Shown one piece after another: positions 1 through 11,974 of a stretch of DNA of 64,000 nucleotides. The translations under genes were made by a program, and so were the position numbers. The stretch's first letter is position 1; each line of letters starts with the position of its first letter. The notes below the pieces were generated by a model. That model was not told the DNA's origin, did no database searches, and worked only from the letters and a program-made list of their open reading frames with translations. This DNA comes from an uncultured Methanoregulaceae archaeon (GTDB lineage: Archaea > Halobacteriota > Methanomicrobia > Methanomicrobiales > Methanospirillaceae): NCBI GenBank assembly GCA_963717525.1, contig OY970343.1:608001-672000 (forward strand), read 5' to 3'.

Positions 1-2
1 TT

Positions 3-317
3 GAGCAGGATCATGAGGTCTACGTCAGCGCGACCGACAAACTGACCTACTGGATCATCTATGCAAGGATACCGAAAAGCAGGGCACAGGGTGTGCATAA
101 CCTGCATGCCGGAAGAAGATATGTCTCCGGACCCAACGAGGAGGGAAATGTTCTGATCCTGCCGGACCCGGATAATTCCGAATCCTATATTGCGGAATCC
201 TGGGGTGCGATGCGAACGATTGACGATTTTGTGAAAAAAGCGCTCCCCCATATCCTGTCAGATAAGGAAGCAGCGGATAATGGAACGGGAGAAGGATGCG
301 GGACCAGCTGCGGCTGA
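3..317 (+). CDS. hypothetical protein, 5'-truncated at window edge
   Basis: Frame is open from base 3 (EQDHEVYVSATDKLTYWIIYARIPK...) to the TGA at 315-317; no family recognised. Confidence 0.6.
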   Translation, partial: EQDHEVYVSATDKLTYWIIYARIPKSRAQGVHNLHAGRRYVSGPNEEGNVLILPDPDNSESYIAESWGAMRTIDDFVKKALPHILSDKEAADNGTGEGCGTSCG

Positions 318-344
318 TCCCTTCCGGAAAAGCGAAGGTGAATT

Positions 345-584
345 ATGAAACCATTACCTCAATCACAAAAAACTGTCCTTGAGATCCTTGGCACCGGTCG
401 TGAAATGACCCACAAAGAGATCGCAGAAAAGGTGGACTATTCCCCACGGACCGTGCGTTATGCCTTAAAAAAACTCAGGGAAAAGAAACTTCTTATAAAG
501 AAGATGAACCTGCAGGACATGCGCCAGATCATTTACCAGTACCAGATGAATCCGGTAAAGGAAACGGGGGTAGCTGACCACTGA
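345..584 (+). CDS. winged-helix HTH transcriptional regulator
   Basis: 79 aa with MTHKEIAEKVDYSPRTVRYALKKL HTH; GGTGA RBS upstream. Confidence 0.85.
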   Translation: MKPLPQSQKTVLEILGTGREMTHKEIAEKVDYSPRTVRYALKKLREKKLLIKKMNLQDMRQIIYQYQMNPVKETGVADH

Positions 585-843
585 TCCGGAGAGGATGGGA
601 TCGAGTCTGTTTTGATCGGATCATGGTTTCAAACCTTGTTTCAAAATGTGAGGTTCAGGAAAGATTCTATCATATACCCTGATTCAAGTCAGGATGATAA
701 AGACCACAAATCCCTGTCAAAATCATACGCCGGTATCCAGATTGAATGGTATACTGACGTGGGGAAATTCCCGTAATGAAAAAAGGAGAACGAAAGGAAT
801 TGCGGCCGTGTAACGTACGAGCCAATGGGGAGGACGAGAAAAC

Positions 844-2298
844 ATGCCAGATGTCTGTATTGGATTTGAAGTGCACCAGCCCTTCAGGCTGAACCGGGAC
901 TTCTCGCCGGATCCAAAGAAAAAGGAGAAGGATCTGCACGCACTCTATTTTGATGAGCTTAACCGGGAAGTGCTGGAAAGAGTGGCAGAAAAATGCTACC
1001 TCCCGGCCACCCGGATCATCCTTGACAAGCTGGACGAGGGATTTCACTGTACGTTCTCCTTTTCCGGAACGCTTATTGAGCAACTGGAGAAGTGGAAACC
1101 GGATGTCCTGTCCCTCTTTGACCAGGTTGCCCGGCACAGGAATTCCGAGATCCTCGGGCAGACGTATTACCATAGCATCGCCGGGTGTTTTGGCGATAAA
1201 TCGGAATTCATGGCGCAGGCCGAAATGCATACCGATCTGATGTACGACCTCTTCAAGATCCGCCCCACCGTCTTTGAGAATACCGAGTTCACGTTTAACA
1301 ACCAGATCGCGTCCTGCGTAAAAAAGATGGGATATGCCGGGATCTTCACCGAAGGGGTGGACCGGATACTCGACTGGCGCAGCCCGCACCATATTTATTC
1401 CTGCAATGATCTGCCCGTTCTCCTCCGCGACATCCAGCTCTCTGATGATATCGCGTTCCGGTTTGGCAACCAAGGCTGGGACAAGTACCCGCTGACGGCG
1501 GATACCTATGCCGAATGGATCAGCGGCACATCCGGGGATCTCGTGAACATCTTTCTCGACTATGAAACCTTCGGCGAGCATTTCTGGAAAGAGACCGGGA
1601 TCTTCAATTTCCTCTCATATCTCCCGGAAGAACTGGAGAAACGGGGAGTCCGGACAACGCTACCCACGGAAGCCCTGGAGAGTTACCCGCCTGTCGGCAC
1701 GATCGATGTCCAGGACACCATTTCCTGGGCAGACATCGAGAAAGACGCGTCCGCGTGGATGGGAAACGAGCGGCAGCACACGGCATACTCGGCGATCCAG
1801 AAAGCAGCCACATTTGCGAAGGGCAAGGCCATCTGGCGGTATCTCCAGACAAGCGATCACTTCTATTACATGGCCTCCAAGTATGGGACCTGTGGCGAAG
1901 TCCACAACTACTTCAGCCACCATGAGGCCGATGACGCTTTTAAGATATACATGGCAATCCTTGCCGATTTTGAGAACAGGAACATCCGGTTCATGAAGAA
2001 CAAACGATCGGCAAAGACACTCCGGACACTGACACCGGAAGAGGCGTTTCACTTTGCATCGCCTTCCGGCCATGTCGGGTATGCAGCATACAGCCTGGAC
2101 CAGTTCTGCGACCTGCTCCGGGTGGTGCCGGCCGACTCGATTGCGTACCACCAGGAGCGCGGAGACATTGCCCAGTGGATCGAACATGTCCTTTTCGACC
2201 AGAAACTGGCCACAGACATCAGTGGCATCACTGACCGGCAGGACCTGATCTCCACCTTAAACGAGCGGAGAAAACTGTTATGGAGTCACTTAACGTAG
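844..2298 (+). CDS. glycoside hydrolase family 57 (alpha-amylase) with C-terminal DUF5752-like domain
   Basis: FEVHQP, NTE, FLDYETFGEH and LQTSDHFYYM GH57 motifs. Confidence 0.9.
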   Translation: MPDVCIGFEVHQPFRLNRDFSPDPKKKEKDLHALYFDELNREVLERVAEKCYLPATRIILDKLDEGFHCTFSFSGTLIEQLEKWKPDVLSLFDQVARHRNSEILGQTYYHSIAGCFGDKSEFMAQAEMHTDLMYDLFKIRPTVFENTEFTFNNQIASCVKKMGYAGIFTEGVDRILDWRSPHHIYSCNDLPVLLRDIQLSDDIAFRFGNQGWDKYPLTADTYAEWISGTSGDLVNIFLDYETFGEHFWKETGIFNFLSYLPEELEKRGVRTTLPTEALESYPPVGTIDVQDTISWADIEKDASAWMGNERQHTAYSAIQKAATFAKGKAIWRYLQTSDHFYYMASKYGTCGEVHNYFSHHEADDAFKIYMAILADFENRNIRFMKNKRSAKTLRTLTPEEAFHFASPSGHVGYAAYSLDQFCDLLRVVPADSIAYHQERGDIAQWIEHVLFDQKLATDISGITDRQDLISTLNERRKLLWSHLT

Positions 2299-3419
2299 CA
2301 TTCTTCTGCTGGGAGTCTCTCTATGCCGAGCGCGTCGGGGGGCTTGCGAGTGCAGCCACCAGGCTTGCAGAGGCCCTTGCAAAGAACCATAACGTGCACT
2401 TCTTCACCCGCGGGTGGATGCAGGACCAGGAGATCAACGGCGTCTCGTACCATTACTGCCAGCCCCAGGGAAATAATACCGTGCAGTATTGCGAGAATAT
2501 GAGCAACCAGATGGTTGATCAGTTCCAGCAGTCTGACCCACAAGAGAAATTCGACATCCTTCATTTCCATGACTGGCACCCGATACCGGCGCTCCACCGG
2601 CTGCAGGACCGGGACACCATCCTCACGTTCCATTCCACAGAATACGGCAGGAATGGCAACCAGTATGGTGACTGGTGGGAGTATAAAGAGATCTCCGGCA
2701 AGGAATGGTACGGGGGCCTCGTCGCAAAGAAGGTAACCGCGGTTTCTACCGTCATGAAGCACGAGGTGATGCAGCTCTACAATGTTCCGGACTGGAAATG
2801 TGATGTTGTCCCTAATGGCATCGTGCCAGAGCAGTACCGGGCCAGTATCGATCCCGGGGACGTGAAGCGGGCATACGGGATCCATCCGTACGCCCCCCTG
2901 ATCCTTTTTATCGGCAGGCTCGTGTACCAGAAAGGCCCTGACCTGTTTATCGAGGCGTTACGAAAGGTATGCCGTGACCGCTGGGATGCAAAAGTGATCG
3001 TGGCCGGGGACGGGGGGATGCGGCAGTATCTCCAGGAGCGGGCACGGGACCTTCCTGTCAATTTTGTCGGGTATATTCCTGACTCGGAGTATATCCGACT
3101 CCTGAATGCCTGCGATCTCGTGGTCATCCCCAGCAGGAACGAGCCTTTCGGTCTTGTGCTGCTGGAAGCATGGAGTGCGGAGAAACCGGTGGTTGCCTGT
3201 GATGTCGGCGGCCTTTCAGAGAACATCGACACGTTCGTCAACGGTATCAAGGTACAGCCGGAACCGGATTCGCTCGCATGGGGGATCAGCACGATGATCG
3301 ATGATCCCGTGAATGCGCAGGTGAGGGGACGGCGGGGAAGGACAAAGGTGGACCGGCAGTTCCTCTGGAATCCCATCGCAGACCGGATGACGAACACCTA
3401 TGCACGTGTGGGAGGGTAA
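2280..3419 (+). CDS. glycosyltransferase family 4 (glycogen synthase-like)
   Basis: VGGL, HFHDWH, GRLVYQKG and EPFGLVLLEAW motifs; overlaps the GH57 stop. Confidence 0.9.
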   Translation: MESLNVAFFCWESLYAERVGGLASAATRLAEALAKNHNVHFFTRGWMQDQEINGVSYHYCQPQGNNTVQYCENMSNQMVDQFQQSDPQEKFDILHFHDWHPIPALHRLQDRDTILTFHSTEYGRNGNQYGDWWEYKEISGKEWYGGLVAKKVTAVSTVMKHEVMQLYNVPDWKCDVVPNGIVPEQYRASIDPGDVKRAYGIHPYAPLILFIGRLVYQKGPDLFIEALRKVCRDRWDAKVIVAGDGGMRQYLQERARDLPVNFVGYIPDSEYIRLLNACDLVVIPSRNEPFGLVLLEAWSAEKPVVACDVGGLSENIDTFVNGIKVQPEPDSLAWGISTMIDDPVNAQVRGRRGRTKVDRQFLWNPIADRMTNTYARVGG

Positions 3420-3498
3420 TTCATAACCATGCATCGTTCCGGTCGATCAGCACGTGTCCGGGCGTCTGGCTTGTGTGCCTGAAAAAGGGAGAACCCGA

Positions 3499-4574
3499 AT
3501 GGAATTATTTACCCCGTATATCATGGGCGGGATTCCGCTCTCAAACAGGATGGTGATGGCACCCATGACACGGGGCCGCGCCATCGAAGGTAAGGTCCCG
3601 GGGCTGCTGTCAGTCACGTATTATGTCCAGCGGGCGACGGCAGGCCTTATCATTACCGAAGGTTCTCAGGTCAGCCCGCAGGGTGTGGGTTTTTTCCGGA
3701 CTCCCGGGATTCACACAAAGGAACAGGTCGCCGGCTGGAAGCAGGTGACTGCTGCCGTCCACCGGGCCGGGGAAAAATATTCCTCCAGCTCTGGCATGTG
3801 GGTCGCATGTCGCACCCGGATTTCCTGAATGGCGAGCTTCCGGTCGCCCCTTCAGCACTCCCGGTTGGTGAGGATATCCATACGCCGTTAGGAAAAAAGC
3901 AGATCCCGGTCCCCCGGGCACTCGAAAAAAAGGAGATACCGGGGATCGCAAAACAGTTCCGGGACGGTGCGGCAAACGCAAAAAAGGCGGGTTTCGATGG
4001 CGTTGAAATCCATGGAGCGAACGGTTACCTGCTGGACCAGTTCCTGAGGGATGGTTCAAACAGGAGAATTGACCGGTATGGGGGAAACCTGGCGAGCCGC
4101 GCCCGCCTTCCCCTCGAGGTGACCGAAGCAGTGGTCCGCGTATGGGGGGCAAAAAAGGTGGGTTACCGGATCTCGCCGCACTTCAACCTCCACGCAATGT
4201 CCGATACCAACCCCCGGGAAACCTTTGGCTATCTGGCAGAGGAGCTCGGCAGGATCGGTATTGCCTACCTTCACCTCGTGGAACCGGTTGGAGGCAGACT
4301 CGGGGCAATAAACCCGGATGCAGAGATGGCCCCGCTCATCCGTAAAAAATTTGACGGGACGCTGATCCTGAACGGAGGGTATGATAAAGAGAGCGGGGAA
4401 AAGGCGATTGAAGACGGCCTCGCAGACCTGATCGCATTCGGGACTTTGTTCCTCGCAAACCCCGATCTTCCCGAACGTTTTATGAGCGATGCCCCGCTGA
4501 ACCATGAAGATATAGCGACATTTTACACCGGTGAGGAAAAGGGATACACCGATTATCCCTCCCTAGGGAATTAA
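3499..4574 (+). CDS. old yellow enzyme / alkene reductase (NemA-like), one frameshift near 3770
   Basis: MAPMTR, QLWHVGR and EIHGANGYLLDQFL motifs across two frames; indel in a G run. Confidence 0.88.
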
Positions 4575-5165
4575 AACCACTCTCTCCCGGGGTTCATCAA
4601 CGAAAATATCTTTTGCACGTTTTTTTTAAGATTAACTCTGTGGTCTGTACATTTCTGTTGCTTCCGGGGCTCTTTTACCTCATCATGAGATAAAAACTGG
4701 TTTTGCAGAAAGCCAGAATTAAAACAGATAGCAATGATCCTCTCGTTTTATCAGAAAAATCCTGTTCATCCGCCACATTTCCCTGAACCGGGGAGATGGA
4801 TGAAATCAGTAAGAATGTCCGGATTGATCAGGTGGACAAGACTGCAAAAAAATTTTCACTCAACGACGGCTTTATGGAGTTTCGTGATGAGAATTTTTTA
4901 TTATGGGATGCTGGGCTTATCCTTACTTGTGCATCTTCTGCGAACACATGTGCACCTGCCAGGCCTCATGGGTCTGTTAAAAAAGCCGCGGAAATCTCCC
5001 CCTGGCTTTTCGTAACGCAGCGTAAAGAATGAAGAGTATTATCGTCCGGACATTCAGGGTATCCAGTCATGATTACCGGGATTTGCCACGGCTTTGGCGG
5101 TGATAAAAAAAGCATGGTTTCATTTAATTTTAAAATGCCGGTAAACACCGGATCCTTGTCCGGTT

Positions 5166-5666
5166 TCAGGCCCCTGTCTCCGGCTCAAGCCGGAGAAGGA
5201 CAACATCGCCGTTTTTTCGGGTGGAGATAAAGAAATGCATCTTTTCCCGTGTGCCCCCGACGGTGCGGTCGACAACGGCCGGGCGACGGGTCACCGGATG
5301 CCCTGTTGTATAGGTTTCGTTGACCGATGCCCTGATGGTACATTCAGGACAGAATTCAGTTTTTCCGCATCCTTCGGGAAGAGAAGCATTGATGCATTCC
5401 AGTACTTTCCCGCAGATGATTCCCCTGATCTGTTCAACGGGTTTTTTTATGATCTCAATCGCAAGGGTATTTGCCGCAAGGACGTTCACATCATTATCGA
5501 CGAGAAGTACCGGGGCATCGAGCATATCGAGGAATTTCCGGATATTTAACCTGTAACGGGTAAGTATCTGTTCATAACAGGATTTACAGACACCATGGCT
5601 GGCCGGCTCGTCAGGTGATGCACCGGGACGAATGGTTGTATTGCAAAAAGAGCATATTGTTCGCAT
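5166..5666 (-). CDS. small Cys-rich PAS-domain protein
   Basis: CSFC...HGVCKSC N-terminus; PAS-like LDAPVLLVDNDVNVLAAN; CGKVLEC...CGKTEFCPEC. Confidence 0.75.
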   Translation of the reverse strand: MRTICSFCNTTIRPGASPDEPASHGVCKSCYEQILTRYRLNIRKFLDMLDAPVLLVDNDVNVLAANTLAIEIIKKPVEQIRGIICGKVLECINASLPEGCGKTEFCPECTIRASVNETYTTGHPVTRRPAVVDRTVGGTREKMHFFISTRKNGDVVLLRLEPETGA

Positions 5667-5791
5667 AATAAAGCCAGGCAAACGACAATGGGAATTATTG
5701 AGATATATAATTAAGTAAATTGATTTCGTTAAGCTGCCTGCGGGAAGGATATTTTATTCTGCTTAACGTCAGCCGCTCACATTTCAGTATC

Positions 5792-8360
5792 TTACGGCGT
5801 ATTGGCGAACCGGTACGCCCCGTTCGGCAATTTAATCTCGAAACGTACTCCTTTGCCCGGTTCTCCTGTCTCGTGGATAGTGATGCCGGTGAGCGAGAGG
5901 ATCTCGCGGGAGAGGAAGAGCCCAAGGCCGGTGTTCTTCCCAAAGCCGCGATCAAAGATCTTTTCCTTGTTCTCATCTGAGATCCCGACTCCGTCATCCT
6001 CGCACACGATGATCCCGTGGCCGTCCCGATCAACAAGAGAGAACCTGATAATCGAGATCTTTCCCCCATACCGTATGGCGTTATCTACGAGGTTGTAGAA
6101 GACCTTGACGATCAGAGGGTCAGCAAATACTTCCGCCCCGGTCGGGATCTCGTTTTTCACCGTCACGTTCCCGAGCGATACCTGCCGTGTTGCAGTTTCC
6201 GCAAGCATCCGTATGTCCTGCCAGACAGGATCGGTCTTCCGTACGGTCTCGTAGGCGCTCGCAAACTGAATCATGGAGTTGATCCGGGTGCTCACCTGGG
6301 AGATCCATTTGAAGTAATCCTCAAGTGCCGGATTCCTGACTTTCTCGTGGAGGAGCTCAAGGAACCCGTTCAGCGCAACGAGCTGATTGCTGATGTCGTG
6401 CCGGGTCACGTTGGTAAGGAGGGCGAGGCTCCTGTTTGCCTGGCGGAGTGCTTCTTCTGACCGCCGGTGTTCGGTAAGGTCCCGGATTGCGCCGATTAAA
6501 ACCTTGCGTCCCTGGAGGGGCATGGCATTGACCGTGATGTCGACCGGAAAGACGCTGCCATCCTTTCTTTTGTGGAACCTGTCCCGGATGTACGGTGTCT
6601 CCTCAGTTATCGCGGTACTGGTTGCATCCGACTCGGCGGACAGGGTGGTAATGGGCAGACCGAGGAGCTCGTCCTTCTGGTAACCGTGCATAACCGATAA
6701 CGCATCATTGTAGTCAATAATTGTCCCGGTCTTTTGGTCCACCACCGCAATCCCGTCGGATTCAGCGGCAAATATACCCCGGTATTTCGCCTCACTCTCC
6801 CGGAGTGCAGCCTCTGCTTGCACGTGTTCACTGATGTCTTCCATGTGGACCATGATCAGGTCAGGGGGGGCGAAGGATGCGGTAGTATGGATAAGTCTTC
6901 CGGGCAGGAAGTGCTCCGAGACGAGATCCATCGAGATAACGGTCCGATCCGAAAAACACTTTCTTATTTCGGATAAGAGTTCAGGACGGTGTGCATAGAG
7001 ATCGGATGCACTTCTTCCGAGGTAGTCATGCGATCTCCCGCTGGTAAGGGTTTCAGCTGCCTTGTTGTAGTCAGCAAGGAAAAAATCCCCGTTGCGATGC
7101 TGCCAGGTGAAGATAGCAAGCGGATTGTTCTGGTACTGCTCGCGGAACCGGGCCTCACTCTCCGCGAGCGCCGCTTCAGTCGCTTTTTTCTCGGTAATAT
7201 CCAGGCCTACCGACTGGTATTCAGTAACCGATCCGGAAGGATCGAAGATCGCACGGTCGCTCCACTGCTGCCACCGGTACTGTGCCGTCCTTCATGATGA
7301 TCCGGTGTTCGATGCTGTCTATCGGGTGATCAGGAGTCAGGGATGCAAAGAACTGTCTCACGCGCTCCCGGTCCTCGGGGGGGATATCCGGGAGGAACCG
7401 TTTCCCGATAATCTCATCGCGATTCAGTCCGAAATACCGGCAATACGCTTCATTGACAAAGACATGGGTACCATCCGGCCGGAACCGCGAGATGAGTTCG
7501 ATCTGGTCCTCCACGACGTTCCGGTACCTCTGCTCGCTCTCGCGGATTGCATCGTCACCCAGTTTCCGTTCGGTAATATCGCGGATAGATTCAATTACAC
7601 CGATCACTTTCCCCTGCCGGTTGTAAAGCGGGCTCGCCATACCCATGAGAGTTATGGTTTTTCCCTTCGGGAAGGGATGTGTTGTATCGGCGATCAGGGT
7701 ATTTTTTTCGTGAATAATGTGTTCGTATTTTTGGGAAATGACCTCATCGGACTCAAAGATCAGATCGATCAGGATCGGCTGCCTTTTCCCATAAAACGGT
7801 ATTGCGTATTCGTAATCTCCCTTCCCCAGTATCTCCGCTGCCGAAACTCCCGTCATCTCTTCAATGGCGTGGTTCCATGCAATTACCACACCGTCGGTAT
7901 CAATTGCGAAGGTTGCGTCGGGAAGGAAGTTGATAATATCCGCTTCACGCTGCTCATGGTCTCTGATACTCGCTTCTGCCCTTCTCTGCTGGACTGCATG
8001 ACGGATCTGGTGTTCGAGTTCGGTGAATTGCGATACCGGCTCGCCACCTTTCTGGAGATAAAAATCGGCTCCCTGGTTTAAAGCCTGTATTGCAATTTCT
8101 TCCCTTCCCCGGCCGGTGAAAAGGATAAACGGAATGGTATTCCCCGAAGACCGTACCTTCTTTAAAAATGCGATACCATCCATCTCCGGCATCTGGTAAT
8201 CAGAAACGATGGCGTCATAGTTCCCTGTCTTCAGCAGTTCAAGTGCTGCCGGGGCCGAAGTGATGACGTCAACGGGAAACTGCCCGCTGCGCTCAAGGAA
8301 GAGCTTGCCGACTTCGAGCAGGCTTGCCTCATCATCAACATACAGGATGGAAGAGATCAT
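5792..8360 (-). CDS. hybrid sensor histidine kinase (REC-multiple PAS-HisKA-HATPase), one frameshift near 7277
   Basis: YVDDE/SDYQMP receiver; PAS repeats; RHDISNQL H-box; NLVDNAIRY, DDGVG and GLGLFL boxes; frame is continuous after removing one base at GTAC 7277. Confidence 0.9.
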
Positions 8361-8580
8361 ATCAGTCCAGGACCCGGTCTTTTACAATTTTTAGTTCTTG
8401 TTTGGACACTGAATAATATTGGTATTTGCCTTTCAGGCAGAACATGATAACGGTTACCCTGCCGGAGTGATCTATAAAAAAGATGGAAATAAAGAACCAG
8501 CGGACAGGGAGCCTGTTACCCGGTGGTGAAATCCGACGGGAATAGTTCCGTGAGCTGATAAAAAAAGAAAAGGTCTGCCG

Positions 8581-9093
8581 TTATTTCCTGGCTTTCCGGA
8601 TGATGGTCAGATCGCCGAGTGTCTGGGTGATCTTTGCCTGTGTCTTTTTTTCTGCATCATCAGCCACCATATCGACGAGCTTGATCCCGAGGACCTTTTC
8701 GAGTTTCTTTCTCACCTCTTCTTCCGGGATCAGTTCCCCTTTTTCGATCTTTTTTATAAGCAGCTCCCTTACCATCAACTGAAGGGCGAGGTCCTTCTGG
8801 GAGAGCCCTTTTTCCATACGGGACCTCCTTACCCGGTCGGCATAATCCTCAACGATTTCGCCTTCCATGTAATCGAACATGTCCCGTTTCCGCTGTGCCG
8901 GGGCCGTCACCGCGGGTGCCCGGGCCCCGGGTGCAGCCCGGCCTGTCGCCGGTCGCTGCACGTCTGTCCGCCGAGGCTGCTGCACCTCGGTCCCAAATTT
9001 CCCGCACCGGCTGCAGACCTGCAGTTCCGCGCCCTCTACCCGGATCAGTTTCGGGATGCCGCGAATGGTTTCCCCACACATTTCGCACTGCAT
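8581..9093 (-). CDS. mbf1: archaeal multiprotein bridging factor aMBF1
   Basis: CEMCG...CSRC zinc ribbon plus Cro-type HTH and TLGD motif; adjacent to pan. Confidence 0.9.
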   Translation of the reverse strand: MQCEMCGETIRGIPKLIRVEGAELQVCSRCGKFGTEVQQPRRTDVQRPATGRAAPGARAPAVTAPAQRKRDMFDYMEGEIVEDYADRVRRSRMEKGLSQKDLALQLMVRELLIKKIEKGELIPEEEVRKKLEKVLGIKLVDMVADDAEKKTQAKITQTLGDLTIIRKARK

Positions 9094-9150
9094 ATTCTCA
9101 CAAACACTTTATATGACGATTTCCCTATATAACTATTTGAGGAACGAGAC

Positions 9151-10462
9151 GTGGGCGATATTCTTCGCGATACGGCCGAACCGCAGACCCCCGAGGAGCT
9201 GTGCAGGCTGTACCGCACGCTTTCCGAGCAGCTGCGTGACCAACTCCAGAGGATCGAGAGCGACAAGCAGGATCTCGAGACCCAGATGCTGGAACGGGTG
9301 ACAAACCTTGAGTCGCGCAACCTCGAGCTCCGCGAGCAGATCCGGCAGGTCGAGGCGGACAAGCGCTATATCGAGACCCAGAAGATCCGGTACGAGCGGG
9401 AGGTCAGGAAACTCAAGAGCGAGAGCGAACAGCTCCGGAGCCCTCCGCTTATCATCGGGACCATCGTGGACGTGGTCGATGCGACCCGGGTCATTGTCAG
9501 GAGCAGCGCCGGACCGAGGTTCCTGGTGCGGAGCTCCCCCAGCATCAGCACTGATGACCTGAAGGCAGGTGCACGCTGCACGCTCAACCAGCAGTCGCTT
9601 GCCATTGTAGAACTGTTGCCCAGTTCTTTCGATGCCCAGGTCTACGGCATGGAACTGGTGGACTCCCCGCAGGAGTGTTACTCGGATATCGGGGGTTTAA
9701 AAAAGCAGATCAACGAGATCCGCGAGGCAGTCGAGCCTCCCGCTCAAGCGCCCGGAACTCTTCACCCGGATCGGGATCGAACCCCCCAAGGGCGTCCTGC
9801 TCCACGGGCCGCCGGGGACGGGAAAGACCCTGCTTGCAAAAGCAGTCGCCCACGAGACAAACGCCCACTTCATGCGGGTGGTGGGAAGCGAGCTTGTCCA
9901 GAAATATATCGGGGAGGGAGCCCGCCTCGTCCGCGAGCTCTTCGATCTCGCAAAGAAGAAGTCCCCGACCATCATCTTCATTGACGAGATCGATGCGGTT
10001 GGTGCCTCACGCACCGAGGCAAATACCTCGGGAGACCGCGAGGTGCAGCGGACCCTCATGCAGCTCCTTGCCGGCATGGACGGCTTTGAGAACCGGGGCG
10101 ACGTGAAGATCATCGGGGCGACAAACCGGATCGACATCCTTGACAAGGCACTCCTCCGGCCGGGCAGGTTCGACCGGATCATCGAGATCCCGCTGCCTGA
10201 CGAAGAAGGCCGCCTCTCCATCTTAAAGGTGCACAGCCGGTCCCTTACCATGGCAGACTCGGTCGATCTTCCAGAGATAGCGGGCCTGACCGAGGGAAAG
10301 AACGGGGCCGATCTCCGAGCGATCTGCATGGAGGCCGGGATGTTTGCCATCAGGAACGAGCGACCTAGGATCACCCGCGAGGACTTCCTTTCCGCGATCG
10401 AAAAAGTCCGCCTCGATTTCAGCCGTATCCTTCCCGATGTGGAAGGGCGGATGTTTGCCTGA
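9151..10462 (+). CDS. pan: proteasome-activating nucleotidase (paralog 1), frameshift near 9736
   Basis: Coiled coil, OB fold, [33 protein letters not shown] start. Confidence 0.92.
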
Positions 10463-10612
10463 TATTTTTCATTCTTTTACCGGTGTGTTTAAAGGCCGGT
10501 TTTTTCATGTTTCCGTTAATCCGATCAGTGCCCTGACCCGAAGCAACCGTGAACTTTTTCCCGTACCGCGCCAAGATGTACCGGAGTTATGGTATCTGCG
10601 AAGTGAATGTGC

Positions 10613-11299
10613 ATGACCGATCCAGAACCTGTAAAAGAGGAGATTTCAGAAGAGGCTGCCGGCCCGGTAGACGAGACTATGGATGTGCCGGCAACCACAA
10701 CCAGTGACGAGGCAGGATCACCCGCTGTGGCGGCACCGGATACTGCATCGGAAAAGAAGCGCAAAAACGTGCTGATCACGATCGGAGTGGTCGTGGTCAT
10801 CATCATCGCGGCTATCGGTGCATTTGTCCTTCTCTCAGGCCCCGTGGCAACCAAAGGAGACACCGTGGCGATCTTCTTTACCGAGTCCTTCGATAACGGT
10901 ACCGTGTATACCACCAACATGAATACCACCGCGCCCGTGGTCTTTACCCTCGGGAATTCCAGTGTCATTTCCGGTATCCAGAACACAGTGACCGGTATGC
11001 GGCTGGGCGATACAAAGACCGTGGATCTTCCCTATACCGAGGCCTACGGTCCATACGACCCGGGCCTGGTCCAGACCATCAACCGCACCGGCCCTATCGC
11101 AAATACCACTTTTACCCCCGGCGAATATTATACGGTATATTACCGGCCAATCAACGCCTACAGTACCGTAAAGATCCTTAATGTTACAGACAAGACCATC
11201 ACCTGGGATGCCAACAACCCGCTGGCTGGTGAGAACCTTACGGTCACCATAAAGCTGGTTAACATTACGCCGGTAAATTTCACTGCGTCATCGGCATAA
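10613..11299 (+). CDS. membrane-anchored FKBP-type peptidyl-prolyl isomerase (SlyD-like fold)
   Basis: KGDTV, GMRLGDTKTV, EAYG and NNPLAGENL motifs after one TM helix. Confidence 0.8.
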   Translation: MTDPEPVKEEISEEAAGPVDETMDVPATTTSDEAGSPAVAAPDTASEKKRKNVLITIGVVVVIIIAAIGAFVLLSGPVATKGDTVAIFFTESFDNGTVYTTNMNTTAPVVFTLGNSSVISGIQNTVTGMRLGDTKTVDLPYTEAYGPYDPGLVQTINRTGPIANTTFTPGEYYTVYYRPINAYSTVKILNVTDKTITWDANNPLAGENLTVTIKLVNITPVNFTASSA

Positions 11300-11415
11300 C
11301 CGGCTTTTCCGACCTATTTTTTCGTTCTTCTCTTCTGTTTGTGGTAAGATAATCCGGATCATCGCATGTGCTCCGGTGTAATTATCAAAAAAGAGCCTTC
11401 TTCTCCTCTCTTTGT

Positions 11416-11928
11416 TTACGGCCCCGGGCCATCCGCGGGGCCGGGTGTCTCCCCGGCCTCTTCTAGGGTCACGAGATCCCCGATATCCTCCACCTCGTCT
11501 TCAGTGCACCATACTTCTATGGTGGTTTCGGTGCCGGCAAGATTCTCTGCATAATCACTAGCCGTTGACCCCGGGGCCATCACAAGCCGGCGGGCCGGTT
11601 TTCCGGAAGAGAAGAACCCGTAGATCCGCCGGAATGCCCATGGCTTTGCAAGGATCGCGGTGCGCTCGTAGTAGATGTCCTGCGCGAGATCGCGGGTGCA
11701 GAATATCCCGGGTTCGACTTCAAAGAGGGCCTCCCGCACGTAGCGCCTGAGATACCAGCGCAGTTCAGAAACAAGCGAGAGGGCGCTGCCCAGCGATGCA
11801 ACCGCGATCGAGACGCCGCAGGGCACTTTTTTCGGGTGGTAAAAACGGAGCGCGAGGCGGCTGGTCTCGGAAGAATAGAAGGTGTGGTGAAGATCGGTGC
11901 CTTCCCGCTGGATCAAGAGAATATTCAT
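11416..11928 (-). CDS. conserved archaeal protein (DUF5804-like)
   Basis: SETSRLALRFY...SLGSALSLVSELRWY motif; directly downstream of pan paralog 2. Confidence 0.65.
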   Translation of the reverse strand: MNILLIQREGTDLHHTFYSSETSRLALRFYHPKKVPCGVSIAVASLGSALSLVSELRWYLRRYVREALFEVEPGIFCTRDLAQDIYYERTAILAKPWAFRRIYGFFSSGKPARRLVMAPGSTASDYAENLAGTETTIEVWCTEDEVEDIGDLVTLEEAGETPGPADGPGP

Positions 11929-11974
11929 CCGGGCTCTCCATGCACCCCGTCACAGCACCTGCTGGTGCCGGGGT

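Noticed and set aside
4600..5160. Short ORFs 4734-5015 and 4796-5032
   Set aside because: AT-rich intergenic region with overlapping ORFs and no recognisable family or clear RBS; cannot be supported.
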